59,324 nt of DNA from Archaeoglobus sp. JdFR-37 (GTDB lineage Archaea; Halobacteriota; Archaeoglobi; Archaeoglobales; Archaeoglobaceae): the NCBI GenBank assembly GCA_002010215.1, contig MTMY01000030.1, positions 1-59,324 on the forward strand, written 5' to 3'. Both the position numbers and the translations under genes were made by a program. The notes beneath the pieces were generated by a model. That model saw only the letters and a list, made by a program, of their open reading frames with translations. It had not been told where the DNA came from and searched no databases. Below, piece by piece: positions 39,835-51,433 of this stretch (positions are counted from its first letter, which is position 1; each line of letters opens with the position of its first letter).

Positions 39835-39885
39835 AAGCTCAGGGAAGGAGAAGGGGCCGGGTGGGTAGGACAAAAATTGAGAAAA
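39835..39885 (+). repeat. G-rich dispersed intergenic repeat, copy B
   Basis: AAGCTCAGGGAAGGAGAAGGGGCCGGGTGGGTAGGACAAAAATTGAGAAAA; 42/51 identity to copy A. Confidence 0.75.
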
Positions 39886-39955
39886 TAATTTCTTAAAATG
39901 CCAGTTCCAAACAATCACCGAAAGGTTATTTAGTTGGGTTAATTCTGCTTAACTC

Positions 39956-41221
39956 ATGAAATCCTCCAGAATACCTGGCTTTTATAAGATGACTGTTGAG
40001 GAAAGGCTGGAGAAAGTGGCTGAATTTGCAGGGCTTGATGAAGAGGATAAGGGGCTGATACTCGGGAAGGCTTTGCAGCTTGATGTTGCTGACAGGATGA
40101 TCGAGAACGTTATCGGCACCTTTGAGCTTCCCATGGGAATAGCAACTAACTTCCTGATTGATGGTAAGGATTATCTGATCCCTATGGTTATTGAGGAGGC
40201 AAGCGTGGTTGCTGCTGCCAGCAATGCAGCCAAGATGGCCCGTGCCAAAGGCGGGTTTTTTACTTCTGCCACCCCACCAATAATGATTGCTCAGGTTCAG
40301 GTTACAAAGCTGAACGACCCTTATGGGGCAAAAATGGAAATTCTCAGGCACAAAGATGAGATAATTGCTAAGGCCAATGAACAAGACCCCGTTCTAGTGG
40401 AGTTGGGAGGAGGATGTAGGGATATTGAGGTGAGGGTAATAGATACTTTCAGGGGGCCCAATGTTATCGTCCACCTTCTCGTAGATGTGAGAGATGCTAT
40501 GGGGGCCAATGCTGTTAACACCATGGCAGAGGCTGTGGCACCCCTGATTGAGAGAATAACAGGTGGTAAGGTTTACCTCAGGATAATCTCCAACTTGGCC
40601 GTTTACAGACTTGCCAGAGCCAAAGCTGTGTTTGACAAGGAGGCAATTGGTGGAGAAGAAGTTGTGGAAGGAATAATGGAAGCATACGCCTTCGCCAAAG
40701 CTGATCCATTCAGATGTGCAACCCACAACAAGGGTATAATGAATGGCGTGTCTGCAGTTGTTATAGCAACGGGGAATGATTTCAGGGCAGTGGAAGCAGG
40801 AGCCCATGCGTATGCGGCGATGGGCGGATACAAGCCTCTGACCACATATGAGGTCAATAAGGAAGGTGATCTAGTTGGCACTATTGAGCTTCCTGTTGCC
40901 GTAGGCGTTATCGGTGGAGCCACCCGCGTCAATCCGCTTGCGAAAATTGCCCTAAAGATCCTAGGGGTCAAGACAGCTGAAGAGCTTTCAAGGGTTATAG
41001 CTGCCGTCGGTCTTGCCCAGAACTTCGCCGCTTTAAGGGCTCTAGCAACCGAAGGCATACAGCGGGGCCACATGGAGCTTCATGCAAGAAACATCGCCAT
41101 GATGGTGGGAGCTGTGGGAGAGGAAGTTGATAAGGTGGCTGAAGTTCTCGTGAAGGAGAGAAAGGTCAGAATGGACAGAGCAAAGGAAGTGCTTGTAGAG
41201 ATAAGGGCAGGGAAGAGATAA
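39956..41221 (+). CDS. hmgA: Class II HMG-CoA reductase
   Basis: [41 protein letters not shown]. Confidence 0.96.
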   Translation: MKSSRIPGFYKMTVEERLEKVAEFAGLDEEDKGLILGKALQLDVADRMIENVIGTFELPMGIATNFLIDGKDYLIPMVIEEASVVAAASNAAKMARAKGGFFTSATPPIMIAQVQVTKLNDPYGAKMEILRHKDEIIAKANEQDPVLVELGGGCRDIEVRVIDTFRGPNVIVHLLVDVRDAMGANAVNTMAEAVAPLIERITGGKVYLRIISNLAVYRLARAKAVFDKEAIGGEEVVEGIMEAYAFAKADPFRCATHNKGIMNGVSAVVIATGNDFRAVEAGAHAYAAMGGYKPLTTYEVNKEGDLVGTIELPVAVGVIGGATRVNPLAKIALKILGVKTAEELSRVIAAVGLAQNFAALRALATEGIQRGHMELHARNIAMMVGAVGEEVDKVAEVLVKERKVRMDRAKEVLVEIRAGKR

Positions 41222-41269
41222 CTCAGACGAGCTGAATAGCTCTGATTGTATCTCTAAATTTCCAAGATA

Positions 41270-42406
41270 ATGCCCTCTTTTTATTCTACTTCCGCTCCTG
41301 GTCTTGAAGATGTTGCAGCGAAGGAGATAGAGGAGCTTGGAGGTAAGATAACCAGGCTGAGTAGAGGCAGAGTCTATTTTGAAGGGGATATAGGGCTTGT
41401 AGCAACCCTCAACTACTGGGGGAGAACTATTGAGAGAGCTGTTCTCCTCTTGAAAGAGTGTAAAGTGGAAGGGTTGGAGGAGATATATCGGGAGGTCAGA
41501 GAGCTTGATTTCTCAATCATAAAACCTCATCAGAGCTTTGCCGTTAGAAGCAAGAGGGTCGGTTTCCATGACTTTACTTCCATAGATATTGCAAGAGTTG
41601 CTGGTCAAGCAGTGATAGACAGCTATCTTGCATCTAAGGCAGTAAGGCTGAAGGTGAATCTGAACGAGCCGGATGTAATTGTGAGGGTGGAGCTGATAGA
41701 CCATACTCTTCTCGTAGGCATAGACACAACCGGTGATGAGGGACTTCACAAAAGGGGGTATAGAGTTTACCAACATCCCGCTCCACTGAACGCCACCATT
41801 GCAGCATCGATGATAAGATTGTCTGCTTGGAGATGCCATCAGGTTTTGGTAGACCCCATGTGTGGGAGCGGAACGATACTGGTGGAAGCAGCCATGATGG
41901 CAAGAAATGTGCCGCCTGGGAAATTCAGGAAGGATTTTGCCTTCACGAGAATCTTTGGGGATGAGTTGCTGGAAGAGGTAAGATATCATCAAGAAAAAGG
42001 ATGTACTCCCACGTTAATTGGTATCGAGAGGTTTGAGAAGCATATAAGAGGGGCTAGGCAAATCCTGGAGTTTACAGGCTTTGATTTTATAAAATTAATA
42101 AGGGGTGATGCCACAAGACTCGATGAATATTTGGAACTGGATAGAGTGGACGTTCTCATCACCAACCCTCCTTATGGTCTCAGAATTGGTAAAAAAGGAA
42201 TAATTCATGACTTGTATTCAGGATTTATCTGCTCCGCTTACAAAGTTTTGAGAAATGGAGGCAGAATAGTCATGATCACACCGGAAAAAGAGCTTGTAAG
42301 AAGTTTAGCTGAGAATGCTGGTTATTCTGTTGAAGAGCGACCGGTATCTTATGGTGGGATAGATGCCGGTATCTTCATTTTGCGAAAGGTTTATTATCGC
42401 ACTTAG
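41270..42406 (+). CDS. trm14: THUMP-domain tRNA (guanine-N2) methyltransferase, Trm14-like
   Basis: PGLED, THUMP region, LHKRGYRVYQHPAPL, DPMCGSGT, NPPYG. Confidence 0.85.
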   Translation: MPSFYSTSAPGLEDVAAKEIEELGGKITRLSRGRVYFEGDIGLVATLNYWGRTIERAVLLLKECKVEGLEEIYREVRELDFSIIKPHQSFAVRSKRVGFHDFTSIDIARVAGQAVIDSYLASKAVRLKVNLNEPDVIVRVELIDHTLLVGIDTTGDEGLHKRGYRVYQHPAPLNATIAASMIRLSAWRCHQVLVDPMCGSGTILVEAAMMARNVPPGKFRKDFAFTRIFGDELLEEVRYHQEKGCTPTLIGIERFEKHIRGARQILEFTGFDFIKLIRGDATRLDEYLELDRVDVLITNPPYGLRIGKKGIIHDLYSGFICSAYKVLRNGGRIVMITPEKELVRSLAENAGYSVEERPVSYGGIDAGIFILRKVYYRT

Positions 42407-42420
42407 GCACTTGGGCAAGG

Positions 42421-42711
42421 ATGCTTCAAGAGCTCGAATTTGGGTTGTACATAACAGCAGTTGGTATGGGTGGTGTATTCACAATACTCTCTCTGCTCGC
42501 TCTGTTCATGTATTTGATGGGGAGGGTAGATCGCAGGAATATGGAAGTTAAGATTGAACAAACAGAGATGGAGATTATTAACAGAAATGAGGAGATCGCC
42601 ATCATTTCTGCTGCTCTTGCATACCATGTGGAAGGGGAAGCAGACGTAGTTCCGCTTATTGGTTCAGATAGCTGGAAGAAATTCGCGAGAGAATATTCTC
42701 TGAGGAGATAA
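42421..42711 (+). CDS. Na+-transporting decarboxylase OadG-family subunit
   Basis: GMGGVFTILSLL TM helix, EIAIISAAL, C-terminal SWKKFAR. Confidence 0.85.
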   Translation: MLQELEFGLYITAVGMGGVFTILSLLALFMYLMGRVDRRNMEVKIEQTEMEIINRNEEIAIISAALAYHVEGEADVVPLIGSDSWKKFAREYSLRR

Positions 42712-42713
42712 CT

Positions 42714-43139
42714 ATGAAAAGGTTTAGGATAGTTGTTGGCAATAGCGTGTATAGCGCAGCAGTAGAAAGGCTGGGGGTGGGGAGGTACAGAGTCAAGCTG
42801 GGAGATAAAGTAGCTGAAGTGAGTGTTGAAGAAGAGACGCCAAAAATAACTTCTGTCAGGAAGGAGACTGCCCCAGCCACTCCTGCTCTCAAGGTTGAAA
42901 AAGAGCTGCAAAAGCCTGTTGCAGTCTCTGGTGCCGTCACAGCAATGCTTCCGGGAGTTGTTCTGAAAATTCTGGTGTCTCTTGGAGATACTGTAAAAGC
43001 TGGCCAGCCAATTATGGTGCTTGAAGCAATGAAGATGGAGAATGAGATTGTCAGCCCGGTGGACGGCGTCGTTCAGGAGATTATGGTTAAAGAAGGGGAT
43101 AAGGTTGAAACAGGAGATTTGCTTGCGGTGGTTCAATGA
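42714..43139 (+). CDS. Biotin carboxyl carrier subunit
   Basis: EAMKMENEI biotinylation motif after an Ala/Pro-rich linker. Confidence 0.93.
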   Translation: MKRFRIVVGNSVYSAAVERLGVGRYRVKLGDKVAEVSVEEETPKITSVRKETAPATPALKVEKELQKPVAVSGAVTAMLPGVVLKILVSLGDTVKAGQPIMVLEAMKMENEIVSPVDGVVQEIMVKEGDKVETGDLLAVVQ

Positions 43140-44227
43140 TCGGGCTTACGGCTATCCCCTACCTGACTCCCGGCAACGTGATAATGATTTTAATCGGTTT
43201 AATTTTGATTTATCTCGGTATTCACAGGCAGATGGAGCCATTGTTGCTGGTGCCCATAGGAATTGGGGCAATTCTGGCCAACATTCCTGGTGGAGACATT
43301 GCTGGGGATGGAGTGTTTGGCCTCTTCCTCAAGCACCTTATCTCCACTGAAATAGTTCCTCTACTGATATTTCTTGGCCTTGGTGCACTGACAGATTTCG
43401 GCCCTCTGCTGGCAAACCCCATCACATTTCTACTTGGTGCAGCAGCTCAGCTTGGAATATTCATAGCTTTTCTCGGAGCCCTTTTCCTTGGCTTTACAGC
43501 TCAGGAGGCGGCCAGCATAGGCATAATTGGTGGTGCTGATGGTCCTACAACCATCTACACCACTACGATTCTCGCTCCACACCTTCTCGCAGCGACTGCG
43601 GTGGCAGCATATAGCTACATGTCTCTGGTTCCACTCATCCAGCCTCCAATAATTAAGGCACTGACGACTAAAGAGGAGAGAAGAATTAAGATGAAGCAAC
43701 TCAGAACGGTAAGCAAGACTACGCGAATTATATTTCCAATAGCGACGATAATTATAACTGGGCTTCTTGCTCCCAAGGCGTTGCCCTTAATCGGCATGCT
43801 GATGACCGGCAATCTCTTCAGGGAGAGTGGCGTGACTGAAAGGCTGGCTAAAGGCGCGAGAGACGAGCTTCTGAACATAATGACTATATTGCTTGGCCTG
43901 ACAGTTGGAAGCACCATGACTGCTGAAAGCTTCCTACATCCAAAGACTCTGTTGGTTCTTTTACTGGGCGTTATAGCCTTTGCAAGCGCTACTGCAGGGG
44001 GGGTTTTGCTGGCCAAACTCATGAACTTGTTCCTGAAGGACAAAATCAACCCCATGATTGGTGCTGCAGGCGTTTCAGCGGTTCCCATGTCTGCAAGGGT
44101 TGTTCAGAAACTTGCTCTGCAGGAGGACCCATCCAACCACATATTGATGCACGCTATGGGCCCCAATGTGGCAGGCGTCATAGGTTCTGCTGCTGCTGCT
44201 GGGATTCTAATATATTTACTTGGTTGA
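43136..44227 (+). CDS. Na+-transporting decarboxylase beta subunit (OadB/MmdB family)
   Basis: [50 protein letters not shown]. Confidence 0.95.
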   Translation: MIGLTAIPYLTPGNVIMILIGLILIYLGIHRQMEPLLLVPIGIGAILANIPGGDIAGDGVFGLFLKHLISTEIVPLLIFLGLGALTDFGPLLANPITFLLGAAAQLGIFIAFLGALFLGFTAQEAASIGIIGGADGPTTIYTTTILAPHLLAATAVAAYSYMSLVPLIQPPIIKALTTKEERRIKMKQLRTVSKTTRIIFPIATIIITGLLAPKALPLIGMLMTGNLFRESGVTERLAKGARDELLNIMTILLGLTVGSTMTAESFLHPKTLLVLLLGVIAFASATAGGVLLAKLMNLFLKDKINPMIGAAGVSAVPMSARVVQKLALQEDPSNHILMHAMGPNVAGVIGSAAAAGILIYLLG

Positions 44228-44658
44228 ATCTTCTTTTTAGATATTTTTAGCTTTATGTTGTCTCTGAGGATTTATGCAGAAACTTCGTAAAGCTTTTTAG
44301 TGACCTGATTAATGGATTAATTGGGCATAGGTCCGGAAATTTGAAAAATTAGAAGCAAAATCAGTTATTTAGGATAAATGAAGCTTGTTGAGAGAGATAT
44401 TTGGGAAGGGAGATTTAGGGGGAGAAGCTCTAGGAAAGCTTAGGAGATATGGCATTTTCACATTATAGCAACTTTAAATGTAAATTAAAGTAAAAAAATT
44501 TTGAATATTGGTTGAAACTATTCGATTTGGATGAAAAAGCAGTAACTCTGGCCATTTTATTTCTCGGTTGTCCAAATGTATGGTCAATTATATAACTTTG
44601 TCAGGTATAACTTTCGCCCCAACCACAAACCTTCTATTTGTGTTACACTTTCTAAAAT

Positions 44659-46761
44659 TTGATGCTCAGCAGCCCTGAAATCTGGCGTGAATTTTTCGAG
44701 ACTTACTACAGGGACGAGATAAACAAGCTTGCAAGCCGTATATTGAGCGGAGACGGGAAAAACCGCTCAATCTACGTTAACTATCTCAACGATTTGGCCA
44801 TTTACAAGGAAGGCAGGCTTGGGGAGGAATTGGTTGAGCATCCTGATATCGTTTTGAAGCATGCCGACGAAGGTTTGAGGCTTGCCGAGAACATTCATGG
44901 TGTTGAACTCGATGGGTGCAGAACTCGGGTTGTAAACTTACCCTCACTTAAAAAAGTCCTGATTCGTGACCTCAGGAGTGACCACATTGCCAAGTTCATA
45001 GCGATTGAGGGAATAGTCCGGAAAGTAACGGAAGTCAGGCCAAGAATTGTTACTGCTGTTTTCATCTGCGGCATATGTGGTAAAAGAATTGAGGTAGAGC
45101 AGGAGGATGTTACCGTAAAGTACCCCTACGAGTGTAAGGCATGCAAATCAAAGAGATTCATCCTCGTGCCTGAGGAATGTAAGTCGGTTGACAGCCAGCG
45201 AATAAAGATTCAGGAGTATCCTGAGAATCTCAGAGGAGGGGAGCAGCCCCAGAGCATAGATGTTTATCTGGAGGGCGACGTAGCAGGAAAGGTAAATCCA
45301 GGAGATAGAGTGATTATCAACGGTATTGTGAGAGCTAAACCCAGAGCTGCAGGCTCAAAAAAACTCCTCCACATGGACATCCACATCGAAGGCAACAGCA
45401 TAGAGGTTCTCCAGCAGGAATACGAGGAGTTCGAGATTACAGAGGAGGATAGGGAGGAGATAATGCGGCTCGGAGAGGACCCAGAGCTCTATACCAAAAT
45501 TGTGAAGAGCATAGCACCCACCATTTACGGCTACGACGACATCAAGCTTGCCATAGCCCTTCAGCTTTTTGGAGGCATTCCCAAGAAGCTTCCGGATGGC
45601 ACCGAAATCCGCGGCGACATCCACATCCTGCTTGTGGGTGATCCAGGAGTTGCAAAGAGTCAGCTTCTCAGGTACGTTCACAGGGTTGCTCCCAGAAGCG
45701 TCTATACTACGGGTAAAGGAACAACCACAGCAGGTTTGACCGCAACTGCTGTAAGGGATGAGGTGGATGGCAGGTGGACATTGGAAGCCGGAGCCTTAGT
45801 TTTGGCAGATAAAGGTATTGCACTGGTTGACGAGATTGACAAGATGAGGAGCGAAGACCGCTCAGCTCTGCACGAGGCAATGGAGCAGCAGACTGTAACA
45901 GTGGCGAAGGCAGGTATAAATGCCATTCTAAGAGCCAGATGCGCGTTGCTTGGTGCTGCAAATCCGAAATACGGCAGATTTGATCGTTATCTGCCCATTG
46001 CTGAGCAGATTGAACTTTCTCCTACCCTTCTCTCTAGGTTCGATCTAATATTCGTTATGACTGACGATCCCGATGAAGAAAGAGATGCTATTCTGGCAAA
46101 GCATGTGCTTGACACTCATCAGTTAGGGGAGAAGCTGGAGAGGATGAAGAATGTTGCTACTTCGGAATATGCGAGGGAAGCTCTAGAGATTGAAGCAAAG
46201 AGGGTTGAGCCGGTAATAGACCCTGAGCTCCTGAGAAAATATATAGCCTATGCCAAGCGAACAGTTTTCCCTGTTCTGACAGAGGAGGCAAAAGAGCGAA
46301 TCATCGAATTTTATCTCAGTCTCAGGGGAAGGGTGAAGGAAAACTCTCCCGTTCCCATAACTGCAAGACAACTTGAGGCGCTCATAAGGCTAGCTGAGGC
46401 TTCTGCAAGGCTGAGGCTAAGTGATCGCATAACTGTCGAGGATGTGGACAGGGTGATAAGTATAGTCCGGAGAAGTTTAGAGCAGATTGCCGTGGATCCT
46501 GAAACGGGCCAGATAGACATAGATTATGCGTATTCCGGCACCTCCAAGAGTCAGAGAGACAAGATAGTGGTAATTAAGAGGATTGTAGAGGAGCTTGAAA
46601 AATCAACTGATAAGGGTGCACCAGAGGAGATGATTTTGGAGAGGGCTGAGGAGCACGGAATCGATAGAGAAAAATCCAGGGAGATTCTGTATAAGATGAA
46701 GCAAAGAGGAGAACTTTACTGCCCCAAGCCCAATCATTACAGGGTTGTGCATAACGACTGA
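44659..46761 (+). CDS. mcm: MCM replicative helicase
   Basis: CGIC/CKAC Zn finger, GDPGVAKSQ Walker A, VDEIDKM Walker B, LLSRFDL arginine finger; no intein. Start TTG 44659 or ATG 44662. Confidence 0.97.
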   Translation: MMLSSPEIWREFFETYYRDEINKLASRILSGDGKNRSIYVNYLNDLAIYKEGRLGEELVEHPDIVLKHADEGLRLAENIHGVELDGCRTRVVNLPSLKKVLIRDLRSDHIAKFIAIEGIVRKVTEVRPRIVTAVFICGICGKRIEVEQEDVTVKYPYECKACKSKRFILVPEECKSVDSQRIKIQEYPENLRGGEQPQSIDVYLEGDVAGKVNPGDRVIINGIVRAKPRAAGSKKLLHMDIHIEGNSIEVLQQEYEEFEITEEDREEIMRLGEDPELYTKIVKSIAPTIYGYDDIKLAIALQLFGGIPKKLPDGTEIRGDIHILLVGDPGVAKSQLLRYVHRVAPRSVYTTGKGTTTAGLTATAVRDEVDGRWTLEAGALVLADKGIALVDEIDKMRSEDRSALHEAMEQQTVTVAKAGINAILRARCALLGAANPKYGRFDRYLPIAEQIELSPTLLSRFDLIFVMTDDPDEERDAILAKHVLDTHQLGEKLERMKNVATSEYAREALEIEAKRVEPVIDPELLRKYIAYAKRTVFPVLTEEAKERIIEFYLSLRGRVKENSPVPITARQLEALIRLAEASARLRLSDRITVEDVDRVISIVRRSLEQIAVDPETGQIDIDYAYSGTSKSQRDKIVVIKRIVEELEKSTDKGAPEEMILERAEEHGIDREKSREILYKMKQRGELYCPKPNHYRVVHND

Positions 46762-46823
46762 AATGTGGATTGGGGGAAAGTAACGCAACTGGTTGAAACT
46801 ACTAGTTTAAGCAATCATCCCCA

Positions 46824-47348
46824 TCAAATTATCATAAATTCTCCTTTTTCGCTCTCTGAGACATAATATATTCTGAAAGGTTCAGTCTTGTTACCACCCA
46901 TTCCCGGAGAACCTGGAGGCATCTTGGGTAGTGCAATCCCCTTTATGTTTGGTTTTTCAATCATGAGCTTCTGTATAGCTTCAACAGGAACATGACCTTC
47001 TATGAAATAGTCTTCCGCTTTAATTGTGTGGCAACTCCAGAGATCTCGGGGTACACCAAAACTATTCTTGATTTCCGCAACTTCAGATGTCTCAATTTGC
47101 TTTACGGTATAATTCAGCCCTCTCAGATAAGCAATGTATCTCTTGCAGCAGTTGCATGCTGGAGAATAGTAGATCTCGAACTCAATGGCCTTAACCTTCA
47201 TTACTTCAGTATTCTCCACCATTCCTGCTTTTTCTACTTCTTCAGTCTCCCCCATTTTATTTCCTTCAAAGCCGGGAGCCATAATTAATGCAAGAACTGC
47301 GAGAACAACAACAGCAATTCCGCCCAAAACAACCAATACTTTCTTAAT
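46824..47348 (-). CDS. DUF411-family exported metal-binding protein
   Basis: SPACNCC, SCHT, EGHVP, MPPGSPGM motifs; N-terminal signal helix. Start either TTG 47336 or ATT 47348. Confidence 0.85.
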   Translation of the reverse strand: MKKVLVVLGGIAVVVLAVLALIMAPGFEGNKMGETEEVEKAGMVENTEVMKVKAIEFEIYYSPACNCCKRYIAYLRGLNYTVKQIETSEVAEIKNSFGVPRDLWSCHTIKAEDYFIEGHVPVEAIQKLMIEKPNIKGIALPKMPPGSPGMGGNKTEPFRIYYVSESEKGEFMII

Positions 47349-47470
47349 TCTAGCACCTCCGACTCATTAGTATTTGGTTTACATCAGATATAAATATTTT
47401 TTAGACAATATTGTTTTATAAAATAAGATTAAAAATAAAATTGGGTACTAACTCTCAAATTATTCTCAAG

Positions 47471-47827
<357 letters not shown>

Positions 47828-47834
47828 TTAGCCC

Positions 47835-49034
47835 TCAAGCGTAGGCCTTCTCACCGTGCTGGGAGATGTCTAGACCTATGTATTCCTCCTCCTCTGTAAC
47901 CCTCAATCCAATTGTTGTGTCAATCACTTTGGCAAGAATGAAGGTCACAGCGAAGGCGTACACGACGGCGGCTCCAGCACCTATTGCTTGGGCAATGAAT
48001 TGCTGAACGTCTCCATATATTAAACCAGAGTATCCACCAATGGCTTCACTTGCAAATATGCCCGTTGCCAGTGCACCCCAAACTCCTCCTACACCATGGA
48101 CAGCCCATGAGTCGAGGCTCTCGTCCAGTCCCTTTCTGACTCTGAATAGCATGGCTTTGTAACAGATTACTCCTGCTACTGCTCCGATTACTATAGAGGA
48201 AAGCGGGTCCACAAAGCCAGCTGCTGGCGTAATTGCTACTAACCCTGCAACTGCACCACTTACCATACCAAGAGAGCTTGGCTTCCCTCTGAGCCATTCA
48301 GCCAGTAACCAGGAAAGAGCTCCAGCTGCAGCAGCAGTGTTGGTTACCACCAGTGCATTAGCTGCAATTCCATCTGCTGCGAGAGCACTCCCTCCGTTAA
48401 ACCCGAACCACCCGAACCACAGCAGTGCGGCACCTAGCAATGTCATTGGTATGTTGTGGGGCTCCATGCTATATTCGCCAAATCCAGCCCTTTTACCTAT
48501 CACAAGCGCAAGGGCGAGGGCTGAGAAGCCGGAGCTTATATGAACTACAGTGCCACCTGCGAAATCCAGGGCCCCAATGCTGGCAGCCCAGCCACCACCC
48601 CACACCCAGTGTGCTAGCGGATCGTAAACCATAGTTGTCCAGAGCAGTCCAAATATGATAAACGAACTCAGTCTTACCCTTTCTGCGATTGCACTCGTCA
48701 ATATTGCTAGAGTTACCGCTGCAAATGTAAGCTGGAAGATCATAAAGACCAGATGAGGTATTGTTCCATTGGCCTCCATTCCTACGCCTTCCAACCCAAA
48801 GTATTCCATACTGCCAATGAAGCCTGCTATATCCGAACCGAAAGAGAGGGTGTAGCCGAAGAGTACCCACTGTATGCTGACCAGTGCGAAAGCTATGAAT
48901 GAGAGTGAAATCATTGAAACTGCGTTCTTTCTCCTTACCATCCCTCCGTAAAACAACCCCACCCCTGGTGTCATCAACATAACTAATGCCGTTGCCACCA
49001 GGATCCACGCCGTATCTCCACTATCTAAATTCAC
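47835..49034 (-). CDS. amt: Ammonium transporter
   Basis: [50 protein letters not shown] 49034 sits behind a GAGGTGA RBS. Confidence 0.97.
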   Translation of the reverse strand: MNLDSGDTAWILVATALVMLMTPGVGLFYGGMVRRKNAVSMISLSFIAFALVSIQWVLFGYTLSFGSDIAGFIGSMEYFGLEGVGMEANGTIPHLVFMIFQLTFAAVTLAILTSAIAERVRLSSFIIFGLLWTTMVYDPLAHWVWGGGWAASIGALDFAGGTVVHISSGFSALALALVIGKRAGFGEYSMEPHNIPMTLLGAALLWFGWFGFNGGSALAADGIAANALVVTNTAAAAGALSWLLAEWLRGKPSSLGMVSGAVAGLVAITPAAGFVDPLSSIVIGAVAGVICYKAMLFRVRKGLDESLDSWAVHGVGGVWGALATGIFASEAIGGYSGLIYGDVQQFIAQAIGAGAAVVYAFAVTFILAKVIDTTIGLRVTEEEEYIGLDISQHGEKAYA

Positions 49035-49305
49035 TTGCAATCACCTCTAACCCCTGTAACAAGTTCCCTTTTTTAAAAGTTTTTAATGAATTGGATTAAC
49101 ATTTCATACTAATTCATATTTTAACAGATTTTTGTAAAGAATATTTAGAATATGGATTTAAATCTGAAGAATATTCAATTTATGATTTACTCTCGAATGT
49201 GAGAGACAAATTTTTTCAAAATTTTAACGATAAGCCCTTTTTTCTGATTAAATTTCATAAAAGTTGTGATTACATCATAAAATTTTTAAAGTTGGCGCAG
49301 ATAAT

Positions 49306-49842
49306 GTGAGCATGAGGAACCCTGTAAGGGTAACAATCGCATTTGATGAGGAAAGCTATGGAATATTCAGGAAGCTTAAGGAAAGGTTGAGACAGTCTCA
49401 GAGTGAGATAATCAGAAATGCTCTCAGGTTCTATTATGCACATCAGGACTTAGAGGATTATGATATCGGGAAAGTAAAAATTTACGTCGAAATGCTCAGC
49501 GAGGGTGAACACATAATCCTTGATATAGATCACTGGATTGCCTTTTTGCGCTTTATAGATACACATCCTGACAAGGAAAAATTCTGGGAGTTTCACAAAG
49601 ATGTAGCAAGAAGTCATGCTGAGCAGTTCAGAGGTAAGACACCAGAATATATTCTCGAAAGATTGGAGGCATGTAACTTCTTCAGGATAAATAGAACTTC
49701 AGAGAATGAGTTTACATTGATTCTGGGAAATGAAACTGGAAGATATTTCATAAAAACCTTCCTGGAGGAGGTTTTTGAAGGGGTTGGAATAGATGCAGAG
49801 ATAAAGGAGGATTTAACGAAGATAAGGGTCAAAGTTCATTAG
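49306..49842 (+). CDS. Ribbon-helix-helix (CopG-like) regulator with C-terminal domain
   Basis: RVTIAFDEE...SQSEIIRNALRFY RHH; divergent from amt-glnK. Confidence 0.8.
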   Translation: MSMRNPVRVTIAFDEESYGIFRKLKERLRQSQSEIIRNALRFYYAHQDLEDYDIGKVKIYVEMLSEGEHIILDIDHWIAFLRFIDTHPDKEKFWEFHKDVARSHAEQFRGKTPEYILERLEACNFFRINRTSENEFTLILGNETGRYFIKTFLEEVFEGVGIDAEIKEDLTKIRVKVH

Positions 49843-50048
49843 TTTTGAAGTTTATGCGAGTTTATTTTTTCAGTAATTTTTTCGGCAATTCTACACCTCC
49901 TCACAATTCTAGAGTCTCATTCATGAAGGTCTTGGGCTATTATGTGTAACGAACTGTATTGGCATCAATAATAGGGGGAGAAGAGTACTGAAGCTCAGAA
50001 ATCACGCCACAACAAAGTTAATAAACTTCATTAAATGAGTAGAGACGA

Positions 50049-50408
50049 ATGTTTGGCTGGGGAGAACTGGGACTGATAGTGATACTTGCTGTGATACTGC
50101 TTGGACCCGACAAGCTTCCAGAGGTTGCTAGGCAACTTGGGAAAATTTATGCCGAATATCAGAAAGCAAAAAGGAGGCTTGAGCTGGAGATACTGTACAG
50201 TGTGGAGCCACCAAACAAAGAATTTCTGGATAAGATCTACGAGAAGAACCTGAGCGAGGCAATTAAAAAGGAAGTTGAGGTGGCAATGGCAGGGGAGTCT
50301 GAGGATACAAAGGAAGTGACGGGAGAAATGACCGGGGAAAATAATTTAAACATCCAAGATGAGAGCCATTTAAAGGAAGATAGCGGGGAAGAAAAGGAAG
50401 AGGAATGA
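50049..50408 (+). CDS. TatA/TatB-family translocase subunit
   Basis: ELGLIVILAVILLGPDKLPEVARQLGK; acidic tail. Confidence 0.85.
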   Translation: MFGWGELGLIVILAVILLGPDKLPEVARQLGKIYAEYQKAKRRLELEILYSVEPPNKEFLDKIYEKNLSEAIKKEVEVAMAGESEDTKEVTGEMTGENNLNIQDESHLKEDSGEEKEEE

Positions 50409-50455
50409 AAGGAAAAGAAAGAAAAGTAGTAAAAGGAGGAGAGAGGGGATAAAGT

Positions 50456-50779
50456 ATGATTGGTGGGATCGGGCCAAATGAACTCATGGCAATACTGATA
50501 ATCGCATTTTTGCTTTTTGGAGCAAGTAAGCTGCCAGAGCTGGCAAGGAGCCTAGGGAAGAGCATGGGGGAATTCAAGAAGGCTCAGAGAGAGGCTGAAC
50601 TAGAGCTGAGAAGATTTGAGCAGGAGCTGAAAGAGGGCAAAATTGAATCAGCAGCAGAAAAGAGAGAGAAGCTGGAGAGTATCGCAAAAACCCTTGGAAT
50701 TGAGACCGAAGGTAAGAGCGACGAGGAGCTTCTAGAAGAGATAAACAAAGCTCTGCCCAAGGAAAAGGCTGAACCTTAA
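50456..50779 (+). CDS. tatA: TatA-family translocase subunit
   Basis: IGPNEL...LLFGASKLPELARSLGKSMGEFKK. Confidence 0.92.
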   Translation: MIGGIGPNELMAILIIAFLLFGASKLPELARSLGKSMGEFKKAQREAELELRRFEQELKEGKIESAAEKREKLESIAKTLGIETEGKSDEELLEEINKALPKEKAEP

Positions 50780-50798
50780 ATTAACCCCTGATTACTGA

Positions 50799-51431
50799 TT
50801 ATCTTATTTTCCTGCCTCTGACGAAGTTATATATCTTTCTCGCCTGCTTCTCTCCGATGCCTTCTATCGTCATCAGCTCCGCAATGCTGGCATTGACAAT
50901 TCCGTAAACACTTCCAAATTTTTCCAGCAACCTCCTGGCTTTCTCTTCCCCTATCCCGGGTATGGCCATCAGCATAGCTGTAGCATCGCTTCCCTTTTTC
51001 CCCCTGGGCACAGCCTTCAGCTTTCCCGCTTCCACTTGGGAATTCAGGTATTTTAAAGCCAAACAGAACTCTTCATCATCCTTTAGCTGAATTGGTGTAA
51101 CAGTTCCACCTCCTTTCCTCAAAGCTACTGAGATCAGGCTGCCTATGTATGCTCTCCTGTCCACTCTCTCGGTAACAAGACTGAAATCTCCTATGATGAA
51201 CAAGAAGGACTTCTCGAAGCTGGAGGATAGGCTGTAAAGCTGGTTGAACAGCCTGCCGTCCACAAGCGAAGATACATAGTCTCTTATATCCTTTCTCTCT
51301 ACGGCAACTTCAAAGCTGCCGTGTTTTATCAGATAATCACCAATTTCAAGCCTTTTCCTCTCAAAAGGCACATCAAGGCGTTCAAGGATTCTGCATATCT
51401 CCTGTGGCTCTCTATCGTCAACATAGATCAT
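50799..51431 (-). CDS. ERCC4/XPF-type nuclease (short form with HhH2)
   Basis: VDDRE, GDY, VERKDIRD nuclease motif; IPGIG and IEGIG HhH pair. Confidence 0.92.
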   Translation of the reverse strand: MIYVDDREPQEICRILERLDVPFERKRLEIGDYLIKHGSFEVAVERKDIRDYVSSLVDGRLFNQLYSLSSSFEKSFLFIIGDFSLVTERVDRRAYIGSLISVALRKGGGTVTPIQLKDDEEFCLALKYLNSQVEAGKLKAVPRGKKGSDATAMLMAIPGIGEEKARRLLEKFGSVYGIVNASIAELMTIEGIGEKQARKIYNFVRGRKIR

Positions 51432-51433
51432 TT

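Noticed and set aside
44228..44658. AT-rich 430-bp intergenic region upstream of mcm as a replication origin
   Set aside because: No recognisable repeated ORB elements and no cdc6/orc1 gene nearby; AT-richness alone is insufficient.
44509..46801. 12-bp direct repeat TGGTTGAAACTA flanking mcm (44509 and 46790) as att/target-site duplication
   Set aside because: Many 12-bp matches are expected by chance in 59 kb; there is no integrase and mcm looks like the core copy.
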